Assembly: GCA_030704615.1 (NCBI GenBank)
Contig: CM060733.1
Coordinates: 43,834,001 to 43,898,000, forward strand
From: Takakia lepidozioides
Lineage: Eukaryota; Plantae; Bryophyta
Direction: 5' to 3'
Length of the DNA stretch: 64,000 nucleotides
Positions within the stretch are counted from its first letter, which is position 1, and every line of letters starts with the position of its first letter. Under the pieces are notes generated by a model. That model worked only from the letters and a program-made list of their open reading frames with translations, was not told the DNA's origin and did not search any database. The position numbers and the translations under genes were made by a program. This document shows, piece after piece, positions 1 through 10,519 of this stretch.

Positions 1-2479
1 AAAATGGTGTTGATGAGGCTTGGCTGCATTGATTTTTTGAACAAATGTTTTGCGCACTTTGAGGTGGCAGTGTGGTCTTGCATGACACCTCACAACTTCC
101 AACCTGTTGTGGAGTGGATTTTCCGTGGCCGGCCTAAACTTGTGTTTCAGTGGGATGGTGGTTACTGTGAACAATCAAGTGAGAGAAATGACAGGCACCA
201 TCTAAGCCCATCTTTTTCAAGAACCTGTCAACAGACTTATGGCGAGAATTTCTGTATGGAATGAGAGCCTTGGAGAAGCGGGGCTGCCGGGGCAACTTCT
301 GACCAGTTCCTCAATACAAAGTTGTGGCCTTTCTTGGAGGGGGCAGCAAAGGCAGCCTCAATTCCAGAGTATGTGAGGGCCCATCCTCGGTTTGGACAAG
401 CTTCACATAGCGCCCTCACAACCCAGCACCCGCAGGTAACTCCGGATTTGAGCGTCATGGCATTGTGTTGCCTAGAAGAAAATACTCTATGCAAACACAG
501 TGAATTGTATGTCAATGCAATGTGGAATGCTAGGTGTGTAGCTCTGTCTAGTTTAGCTTTTGTCTAGTTTTAGTTTAAATTTGTGTGTAGCTTTAGCTAT
601 AGGGGAGTAAGCTGCCAGCATAGCAAGCACTATGGCTATAACCTGCTCATAGCTCGGTGTATCTCCGCTACCACTCATCGTGCAATAAGCTTTGTCTGTG
701 CAGGTGCCTGCTGGGATTACGCAAGTCTCTGGCCACAGGGCATTGCAGGTAAGATTATTCCACTGCCCCATCTAATCTGCAGTGGCTTATCGCCAACCCA
801 TTTGCAAGTGGTACTTGTGGAACCAAGTCCAATGTGTGGAGCATATAATGTTGTATATGAGCCCTTTGACTTCGCACAACATGCTACACCGTTGACTTCA
901 ATCTACTCATATGTTGACCGGCAAATGGACCCCTTTGATTATGAAGCTTAAACATTCACATGTGTTCTATTCTAAATCTTAGGGACATCCTAAACTCTAA
1001 ACTTCATTAGTGCTTTGCTAAAGTTCTGCAGTTAGCTTCTTTTGACAAGCTTTTAGTTTGAACAAAGACTCTGGATTTATATTCCTTTCTAGTTTATGTC
1101 AAGTTATAATAGAGTCAACTATATATTTGAGAGATATTATTGACTATCGCCATCAAGCCATTTTTAGGCTTAAAAGGTTATCTTTTTCTATTTAGACATA
1201 AAGTTATATTTTAGACACAAAAATAACTTTTTCCTATTCTAGACAACCAAACAACTTTGTTCTACCTATTCTAGGCTTGTGCCTATTTTGAGACAACCCC
1301 TTACAGCAGCATATAAGTTGGGGGTGAGGCTCTATGTACCTCATTGCATTTCTCTCCTACTAATGAGCTCACTTCTTGAGCGAAACTAGTATGGGACTTT
1401 ATAGAGATTTGCTATTCTTCATCTAAGGGTTAATGTCTCTGCTGTGCTGTTGAGCTTTAGGTTTGCTATCATCTATTGCTCTAGTTCCATTGCATTCGGT
1501 TGCTTTGTCTCTATGGCATTACATGCATTAAACTCCTTCTCGAGTGTTGCACATTAGATGAGCATCTAAGTCGTTCCCTCTTTTTGCCTATTTGTTGCAT
1601 CTTGGAACATCTCAACATCACTTCTTTGGTAGCTTTCTGTCTCTTAGGATCAACGCTATTAGTTTTGATTCATAGGATCTAGATATCTAGATATCTGTGG
1701 CCTTTGGTATTGTCCACTACGCTCCTTTTACGTTGGTAGAGTTCTAGCGCGACTACCGAAACACTTTCCCGGCTCCCACTAGAACGTTCTCTATTTTACA
1801 ACGTTCTCCCCACATCCAACAACCATGTGGGGGCCACTTACCACTCGCTTTATAAGTTTCAAACAAACTCGCAGATGTCAACTCCCTTTTAGTTGATTTT
1901 ATTTTTCATGCGGCTAGGATACATATATCCTCTTTTTTAAAGCCTCGACTATCAAACTTACGCAAACTTGAGAGGCATTGGTCCTATATGCTTACTTTAT
2001 CCCAAAACTTGCATGCGAGTAAACCAAAAACCCAACCCTTTGCGGCAACAATTGAGCATTGCACCACAACTCGCTACAAATCCTTATGATGACTATGCCC
2101 TCACAGCCAAACGAAGAGCAGTAAGTATATCTTCCTCTTATTATTCACATAATATCCCTTGGTTGGGGGTAATTTTATTGATATTAATTCAACCAACATG
2201 ACGGAGCAGAAGCTTCGGTTTTGGGATCTGGACGGTTACTGTAAGCAAGAGAAAAAGACCTCACTTTTCTTGAAGGGGATTTCAGGAGAGTTTTTTTGGG
2301 CTTGTTTAAGATTGGCAGCTCAAGTAGTTACTGAAGAACACTGGGAGTCACACCAGCGAAGAGACCTGGGTCGGTGGACCGACACTGGCAGTATCGCTTG
2401 TTGTGAGGGAGTCAAGCGGCATCAATCAATAACAACATACCCAAATACCCTTACAATCACCATGTGAAACTTTCAAGCA

Positions 2480-2815
2480 GTTATGCAACAGCTACAAAGA
2501 AGAGCTGTCTGAAATTGCAACCACTCTCCCACCTTAACCACTCTGTTGGCCACTTGCCAGAGCTAGTTCTCATTCTGGAAGCCATAGAGGTCCCATTTTG
2601 CTTCCCATTTGCTTTTCAAGCAGCGAGCGTTAGAGAGGGCCTTGTATCCTTTCCTAGTGGTGAACCCGAAAAAAGGTTCAGGAGTGTTTGCAAACTTCCA
2701 AGACGACTCCATAGGGTCCATATCCAACTCTGCCAGTGGACGACCCAGTATCCACACAAAGGTATTATTTGCAAGCCATTGGTGATGGGATGAAGTTGAG
2801 TCAGTAACAAATTCT
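2480..2815 (-). mobile_element. ~335-bp segment present only in copy A, possibly a LINE ORF2 fragment
   Basis: Absent from copy B at ~18020-18035; translation FFGFTTRKGYKALS...KSKW weakly resembles the post-RT region of L1-type ORF2. Confidence 0.3.
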
Positions 2816-3278
2816 GGTGGGTTAAGGATAGCTTTTGACAATATTCATCCAAGTTTGTCAACGGCTCCATCCAAAGTCACACCACAAGAAACAAACAAAC
2901 ATCTGCAAATGTAAGATGCTGAACAACCTTGTGCACAGGGCTGCCCCTCTAATCAAGCTCATCAAAATTTGTATTCACTTCCATCTTCAAGCTTTGGAGA
3001 AGCTCCACCACCCAAACCCAGAATTAGGACAGCACTCTGATTTCCATCTACTGTCGCCAAAGTCAGTCCAATATCACCCCTTCAGTCAAGTGCAATTATG
3101 GGCCGACTTCCCACCTATGCCGGGAAGACCCCACTATCATTTCCCATGGATATGCCACAGGAAATGCACTCAACAGGACATCATGGTCAATACTCTGGGG
3201 AAATGGTGCATGATCTGAGTAGCTACACACGTCACTGAATGAAGCAAGACACTCGCATCTTTCCAAGAAAACATCCTT

Positions 3279-6200
3279 TCACCAGTAATCCCCACAAGAA
3301 CAAATCCCATCTTCAAAGTGGTGAAAGCGGTTAGCGTCTCGTACAACAATTGCTCGGCCAACAATCTTTGAGATGAATTTGGTGGAGGTGTGGCAGTCAC
3401 CACACACTCGAAGATTCTTGATGAGACGGAGAGGCGTCCTGGGGGTCGTGCTGATCAGCCCAAAACCAATGGCCAGCTTCTCACTGTGGTGGCAAAGAGA
3501 AAATTCCTTTTCCTCCTCCCCCACATCATGCAATACAAAGCGCGTGTCAGGCACATACCCCGCCTTCTTCATCTGCCCAGACAATCTTCTCAGCTCAGCA
3601 TGGATTTCCTTAATTCTGGGATGCAACTTGTCAGTTACAACGAAGGTGTGCACCCTGTTGCCAACCTCAATGCAGCAGCGACCTGGCTCCTTTCTAACCC
3701 CTTTGACCTTCATCATTCTTCTCACCTTTGCAGTATCATCCCACCTGCCAGCTGCAGCATAGATGTTTGAGAGCAACACATAAGTCGCGGCATCCTGTTC
3801 ATCCCACATGAGGATAGATGTTGCTGCACGTTCAGCCATCTCCACATTGCCATGGATTCTGCAGGCACCAAGCAAGGCCTTCCACACCACAGCATCTGGA
3901 TTGATGGGCATTTTATTAATCAGGTCCACTGCCTCATCCAGTTGTCCCGCACGTCCAAGAAGGTCCACCATGCAGCCAAAGTGCTTTACTGTCGGAGTGA
4001 CGCCGTGATCTTGACTCAGGGAATCGAAGTAGCGTCTTCCTTCATTCAGTAAGCCAGTGTGGCTGCACGCAGAGAGAACACATATAAAGGTGATACTGTC
4101 CGGCTTCAAGCCGTTCTTTTGCATTCCTTCAAATAGTTGCACGACCTCCCTATGACAACCATGCTGTGCATATCCTGCGATCATCGCGTTCCACGACACC
4201 ACATTTCGTTCAGCCATATTGTCGAACACTACCTTTGCATCCTCGATGCTCCCACATTTGGCATACATGTCCACCAGGGCAGTGTTCAGGATCACATCTG
4301 GTACAATTCCAGCTCTGACGATGTCGCCATGCACCTCTTTGCCCTTTTCCAGGGCTGCCAGGCTTGCACACGCACTGCAAACGCACACGAACGTGATGAG
4401 GTCGGGCTTCACCCCTTCCCCCCTCATTTGCTCATACGTCTCCAAAGCCTCCATCCCGCGCCCCTGCTGTGCATACCCTGCGAGCATTGCACTCCACGAC
4501 ACCACATCTCGTTCAGCCATATTGTTGAACACTCCCTTTGCATCCTCGATGCTCCCACATTTGGCATACATGTCCACCAGGGCAGTGTTCAGGATGACAT
4601 TTGGTACAATTCCAGCTCTGACGATGTCGCCATGCACCTCTTTGCCCTTTTCCAGGGCCGCCAGGCTTGCACACGCACTGCAAACGCACACAAACGTGAT
4701 GTGGACGGGCTTCACCCCTTCGCACATCATTTGCTCATATGTTTCCAAAGCCTCCATCCCGCGCCCCTGCTGTGCAAATCCTGCGAGCATTGCATTCCAC
4801 GACACCACATCTCGTTCAGCCATATTGTCGAACACTCCCTTTGCATCCTCGATGCTCCCACATTTGGCATACATGTCCACCAAGGTATTGTTCAGGATCA
4901 CATCTGGTACGATTCCAGCTCTGACGATGTCGCCATGCACCTCTTTGCCCTTTTCCAGGGCCGCCAGGCTTGCACACGCACTGCAAACGCACACAAACGT
5001 GATGAGGTCAGGCTTCACCCCTTCCCCCCTCATTTGCTCATACGTCTCCAAAGCCTCCATCCCGCGCCCCTGCTGTGCATACCCTGCGAGCATTGCGTTC
5101 CACGACACCGCATCTCGTTCAGCCATATTGTCGAACACTACCTTTGCATCCTCGATACTCCCACATTTGGCATACATGTCCACCAGGGCAGTGTTCAGGA
5201 TCACATCTGGTACGATTCCAGCTCTGACAATGTCAGCATGCACCTCTTTGCCCTTTTCCAGGGCTGCCAGGCTTGCACACGCACTGCAAACGCACACAAA
5301 CGTGATGTGGTCGGGCTTCACCCTTTGCCCCCTCATTTGCTCATACGTCTCCAAAGCCTCCATCCCGTGCCCCTGCTGTGCATACCCTGCGAGCATCGCA
5401 CTCCACGACACCACATCTCGTTCAGCCATATTGTCGAACACTCCCTTTGCATCCTCGATGCTCCCACATTTGGCATACATGTCCACCAGGGCAGTGTTCA
5501 GGATGACATTTGGTACGATTCCAGCTCTGACGATGTCACCATGCACTTCTTTGCCCTTTTCCAGGGCTGCCAGGCTTGCACACGCATTGCAAACGCACAC
5601 AAACGTGATGTGGTTGGGCTTCACCCCTTCGCACATCATTTGCTCATACGTCTCCAAAGCCTCCATCCCGCACCCCTGCTGTGCATATCCTGCGAGCATC
5701 GCACTCCACGACACCACATTTCGTTCAGCCATATTGTCGAACACTCCCTTTGCATGCTCGATGCTCCCACATTTGGCATACATGTCCACGAGGGTATTGT
5801 TCAGGATCACATCTGGTACGATTCCAGCTCTGACGATGTCGTCATGCACCTCTTTGCCCTTTTCCAGGGCTGCCAGGCTTGCACACGCACTGCAAACACA
5901 CACAAACGTGATGTGGTCGGGCTTCACCCCTTCGCACATCATTTGCTCATACGTCTCCAAAGCCTCCATCCCGCGCCCCTGCTGTGCATACCCTGCAAGC
6001 ATCGCGTTCCACGACACCACATTTCGTTCAGCCATATTGTCGAACGCTCTCTTTGCATCCTCGATGCTCCCACATTTGGCATACATGTCCACGAGGGTAT
6101 TGTTCAGGATCACATCTGGTACGATTCCAGCTCTGACGATGTCGCCATGCACCTCTTTGCCCTTTTCCAGGGCTGCCAGGCTTGCACACGCACTGCAAAC

Positions 6201-6809
6201 GGACACAAACGTGATGTGGTTGGGCTTCACCCCTTCCCCCATCATTTGCTCATAGGTCTCCAAAGCATTCCTACCACACCCATGCTTGGTAAATCCTGCC
6301 AACATTATATTCCACGTGATCAAAGATCGTTGAGGCATTCTGTTGAACACTTGGTGAGCATCCATGATGCTCCCGCACTTAACATACATGTTGACAACGG
6401 TGTTGAGGAGAAAAACATTTGGCGTGAATCCACTTTGGATAATGTGAGTGTGCACCTGTTTTCCAGCTTCCAGGCCTTTCAGCTTGATGCACTTATGCAA
6501 GAGACAGACATACGTTTCTGAATCTGCTGAAATGCCTCCTTGGTTTAAAGTCTGTAGAGCCTCTTTCAGTCTGCCTGCCTCACAAAGCATCTTCACATGC
6601 CCAGAAGTGCCAGAAGAGGCATTGTGGACTCCCTCTCTTGATCCTCTTCCAGAAGCTGTGGTCATGGTTGAGGTGCCTGAATTTACCAACTGTGCCGCTG
6701 CAGCTGCTGCCTTTAGTTGACCATCTACCCATGCTGGTTTCTTGTAGCTATTGATCCACAGGGAATCATAGGTAATCTTGTGCTTGAAATCTGGCCCTCT
6801 TGGACGAAT
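3279..6809 (-). CDS. PLS-class PPR-E1-E2-DYW protein (C-to-U editing deaminase type), main exon, paralogue 1
   Basis: Intact ORF 3279-6821: L,S + 7 PLS triplets (303 bp each) + P2L2S2 + E1/E2 + PG box + HSEKLA...CGDCH...CSCGDYW; exon starts at AG acceptor 6810/6809. Confidence 0.96.
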   Translation of the reverse strand: MRPRGPDFKHKITYDSLWINSYKKPAWVDGQLKAAAAAAQLVNSGTSTMTTASGRGSREGVHNASSGTSGHVKMLCEAGRLKEALQTLNQGGISADSETYVCLLHKCIKLKGLEAGKQVHTHIIQSGFTPNVFLLNTVVNMYVKCGSIMDAHQVFNRMPQRSLITWNIMLAGFTKHGCGRNALETYEQMMGEGVKPNHITFVSVCSACASLAALEKGKEVHGDIVRAGIVPDVILNNTLVDMYAKCGSIEDAKRAFDNMAERNVVSWNAMLAGYAQQGRGMEALETYEQMMCEGVKPDHITFVCVCSACASLAALEKGKEVHDDIVRAGIVPDVILNNTLVDMYAKCGSIEHAKGVFDNMAERNVVSWSAMLAGYAQQGCGMEALETYEQMMCEGVKPNHITFVCVCNACASLAALEKGKEVHGDIVRAGIVPNVILNTALVDMYAKCGSIEDAKGVFDNMAERDVVSWSAMLAGYAQQGHGMEALETYEQMRGQRVKPDHITFVCVCSACASLAALEKGKEVHADIVRAGIVPDVILNTALVDMYAKCGSIEDAKVVFDNMAERDAVSWNAMLAGYAQQGRGMEALETYEQMRGEGVKPDLITFVCVCSACASLAALEKGKEVHGDIVRAGIVPDVILNNTLVDMYAKCGSIEDAKGVFDNMAERDVVSWNAMLAGFAQQGRGMEALETYEQMMCEGVKPVHITFVCVCSACASLAALEKGKEVHGDIVRAGIVPNVILNTALVDMYAKCGSIEDAKGVFNNMAERDVVSWSAMLAGYAQQGRGMEALETYEQMRGEGVKPDLITFVCVCSACASLAALEKGKEVHGDIVRAGIVPDVILNTALVDMYAKCGSIEDAKVVFDNMAERNVVSWNAMIAGYAQHGCHREVVQLFEGMQKNGLKPDSITFICVLSACSHTGLLNEGRRYFDSLSQDHGVTPTVKHFGCMVDLLGRAGQLDEAVDLINKMPINPDAVVWKALLGACRIHGNVEMAERAATSILMWDEQDAATYVLLSNIYAAAGRWDDTAKVRRMMKVKGVRKEPGRCCIEVGNRVHTFVVTDKLHPRIKEIHAELRRLSGQMKKAGYVPDTRFVLHDVGEEEKEFSLCHHSEKLAIGFGLISTTPRTPLRLIKNLRVCGDCHTSTKFISKIVGRAIVVRDANRFHHFEDGICSCGDYW

Positions 6810-8990
6810 CTGTACCCACACTCTACCCCTGCTCCTTCAGCTATCCATGCCTCTGCACAAATCATGCATTCATCCTTGCCTTGCTGCTAGCAGCTGACAA
6901 TGACAGCCTAGATTTGTTCTAGGAACCACCCAACTCAGCTTATCACACTAGTTCCTATGCACATTGCATCTGCTACTCTCTGTAATCCAACAGGCATCCA
7001 CCTTTTTGCCTCGATTGTCCCACCATTGACTGGGGTCAGAAAAGTATGCTTTCCACAGCTTCTCCTCGTCTCTGTTACCTGTTTCTGGATACTTTCCTGT
7101 TGTCACATTGGCACTATCATGCCAAAGTCACTCCAAACTATCAAAGGTTCACTCAACCAGCTAACTTGCAGAATTCAACATGAAAATTTAGGGCCGGTTC
7201 TGATAAGAGGGAAAAACAGGGTGAAATGTGTTGAGGAAGGTGCATTAGTGCCTGGTTTTATCAATTGTGCTGCTGCTGCTGCGGCTTCCAGTTGACCATC
7301 TACCCATGCTGGTTTCTTGTAGCTATTGATCCACAGGGAATCATAGGTAATCTTGTGCTTGAAATCTGGCCCTCTTGGATGAATCTGGACCGACACTCCA
7401 TCCCTGCTCCTTCAGCTATCCATGCCTCTGCACAAATCATGCATACATCCTTGCCTTGCTGCTAGCAGCTGACAATGACAGCCTAGATTTGTTCTAGGAA
7501 ACACCCAACTCAGCTTATCACACTAGTTCCTATGCTCATTGCGTCTGCTACTCTCTGTAATCCAACAGGCATCCACCTTTTTGCCTCCATCGTCCCACCA
7601 TGGACTGGGGTCAGAAAAATATTCTTTCCACAGCTTCTCCTCGTCTCTGTTACCTGTTTCTGGATACTTTCCTGTTGTCACATTGGCAGTATCATGTCAA
7701 AGTCACTCCAATTTATCAAGGTTCACTCAACCAGCTAGCTTGCAGAGTTCAACATGAAAATTTAGGGCCGGTTCTGATAAGAGGGAAAAACAGGGTGAAC
7801 TGTGTTGAAGAAGGTGCCTTCATTAGCAGTGCCTGGTTTTATCAATTGTGCCACTGCTGCTGCGGCTTCCAGTTGACCATCTACCCATGCAGGTTTCTTG
7901 TAGTTATTGATCCACAGGGAATCATAGGTAATCTTGTGCTTGAAATCTGGCCCTCTTGGATGAATCTGGACCCACACACCATCCCTGCTCCTTCAGCTAT
8001 CCATGCCTCTGCACAAATCATGCATACATCCTTGCCTTGCTGCTAGCAGCTGACAATGACAGCCTAGATTTGTTCTAGGAAACACCCAACTTAGCTTATC
8101 ACACTAGTTCCTATGCTCAATTGCATCTGCTACTCTCTATAATCCAACAGGCATCCACCTTTTTGCCTCCATTGTCCCACCATTGACTGGGGTCAGAAAA
8201 GTATTCTTTCCACAGCTTCTCCTCGTCTCTGTTACCTGTTTCTGGATACGTCCCTGTTGTCACTTTGGCAATATCATGTCAAAGTCACTCCAAACTATCA
8301 AAGGTTCACTCAACCAGCTAACTTGCAGAATTCAACATGAAAATTTAGGGCACGTTCTGATAGAAGGGAAAAACAGGGTGAAATGTGTTGAAGTAGGTGC
8401 CTTCATTAGCAGCGCCCGATTTTACCGATTGTGCCACTGCTGCTGCGGCTTCCAGTTGACCATCCACCCATGCAGGTTTCTTGTAGCTATTGATCCACAG
8501 GGAATCATAGGTAATCTTGTGCTTGAAATCTGGCCCTCTTGGATGAATCTGGACCCACACTCCATCCCTGCTCCTTCAGCTATCCATGCCTCTGCACAAA
8601 TCATGCATACATCCTTGCCTTGCTGACAGCAATTGACAATGACAGCCTAGAATTCTTCCAGCAAACACCCCAACCAGACTTATCACACTAGTTCCTATGC
8701 TGACTTGCATCTGCTTCCAACAGGCATTACCTTTTTGTCTCCATTGTCCCACCCTTGACTGGCGTCGGAGAAGTGTTCATTCCAAAGCTTCTCCTCGTCT
8801 CTGTTATCTGTTTTTGGATACTTTCCTGCTGCCACATCCGTACTAACTTGTCAAATTCATTCCAAACCACCACACATCCACTGCCACATACGGCAAATGA
8901 AAGGCTACAACTTGGATGCAGACACCATATTCAATATGAAAATTCAGGGCCGAGTCTGATGAGGGCGCAAAACAGGCTGAACTAGGTCGA
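6690..8990. repeat. Tandem array of ~575-583 bp units (4 copies), each one PDF-motif exon cassette
   Basis: Recurring ORFs starting at 6821, 7396, 7977 and 8560. Confidence 0.95.
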
Positions 8991-9496
8991 AGAAGAAGGT
9001 GCCCTTACCACATTGTCCTTGACCTTGTGTCATGACCCATGGAGGATTTGACCGACCATCAACCCAAAAGGACCTCTTGTGCGTGATGCTTGTGTCTGTA
9101 GTCAGGTAATCTCGGATTGGTCTGTGAAAACCACCACGGTGCAGATGAGCAGGCAGAGATTGAAATACGGCCGGCTAAGACCAAGCTGACTCTCCCAAGA
9201 ACCTTGTAAACATCAGGAAGAAAACAAAATCATGGTACTAGCAGGAGCCAAGCGCCCACATTTGCAGGATGGACAAACTTCTTCACATCGTACATTAAGA
9301 AAAAGCCACACCTTGCGATTGCGGTTGTCCCACCATCGTGAAGGATCTTTAAAAAACTCATGCCAGCTCTGCTCCGTGCTCCAAGGTAGAGGTTTGTGAT
9401 CGAAAATCCGACAGCATCAACATGTTGACATGGTCCTATACTGAGGGGTGCTACTGAGCTTTCAACAACATTCATGCAAGTTGTTTTGGGCTCCAT
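7002..9496 (-). CDS. Upstream exons encoding tandem OSB-type PDF motifs, predicted 5' part of PPR-DYW gene 1
   Basis: Exons 9312-9496, 9009-9121, 8731-8825 and 7002-7096 plus repeats; EEKLWKAYFSDPSQWWDNRGKK^IRPRGPDFKHKITYDSLW...PAWV joined by GT-AG phase-0 intron 6810-7001. Confidence 0.65.
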
Positions 9497-10519
9497 TGGG
9501 CTCTACACGATTGAGGAACAACGAACTCCAAACTCTGCTCAAGAAACGTGTGCTTTTACCGAACTTTCAACAAGGATATTACTGTGTCAGGGGCCCTACA
9601 TCGACCACCGGTTCGTCGTCGTGCCGTTCTGATGGCTCCTAGCGGTTAGCGCTTGCATGCAGCCGCCAAATGGGCCCCACATGCAATTGCCACTTTCCCA
9701 AGGCAATAGCCTTGTGGGGCCCGCATGCAATAGCCACCCTTCGGAGAGCTGTGTGTTGATGTGACGTCCAGAGGCATTGGCTGATTTTATTTTTTGAGCG
9801 ACTTGGGGTACATATTGGAAGGTCAGCAAGCCTTATTCTCTTGTTGATCTTGGGAAAATTGTCATATGGGTTGTGGAGTAGAGTTCACAACGAAACCAAA
9901 TCGGATAGCAAGCTAATTTTGTGTATAAAATTCAGAGACAGCCATCAATCAATATAGACGTCTAGATTTACAAGTCCAATAGTGCATATGAATGTACACG
10001 TCTTGATTGTCAATGTGCTTCTGCTTTCATGGCCTCCATCCTCCCCTAACGGTCCTGACGCTCGTCCTCGCTCAGCTACATTCCCTGCCTGGTCTGGTAC
10101 AGTGCTCCTACACCCTGCCGTTTGCAGCCCGCGCTAGAATGAAAAGCGGCTAGGCGGATGTGTTCCAACGGACCCATGTAGAAGGTTCTGGATTTTAGAA
10201 GTTTCTACAATTATGTGCCCACACAACACAGCGGCACTTGGCGGCCAAGTGGGGCCCATGTCATTTACCACTTGGGCTACAATGCACGTTCCCACTTCGA
10301 TTCAGACAACCGCTTAAGTGTCGGCTCGCCTCTAGCTGATTTGATTTTTCGGGCGTTTGGAGATCATGCTTGTGAGTTGGTCAAGTAGATGTTTCCATAA
10401 ATGTGATGAAACCTGTAAGACTTTATTTACAACATGTACAATGGGTGAACGTACATAGGATGAGAAGTTCCTAAAAAAAGGGGGGAGGGGGAGGAACAAG
10501 AAACAAGAGAACAAAACAA

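Larger units (their letters stand above)
995..9765. repeat. Segmental duplication copy A (partner 16890-25835) containing PPR-DYW gene 1
   Basis: Shared start ctaaacttcattagtgctttgcta (~997 / ~16894) and shared end gtgtgttgatgtga (~9764 / ~25835); colinear apart from indels. Confidence 0.9.

Noticed and set aside
1-960. Short ORFs at the window start
   Set aside because: No recognisable motif
3279-3700. U-to-C (DYW:KP-type) editing factor
   Set aside because: PG box, HSE and terminal DYW indicate the canonical C-to-U type
4137-6521. Long + strand ORFs (794 and 678 aa; also 19354-21435)
   Set aside because: Antisense shadows of the homogeneous PPR repeats
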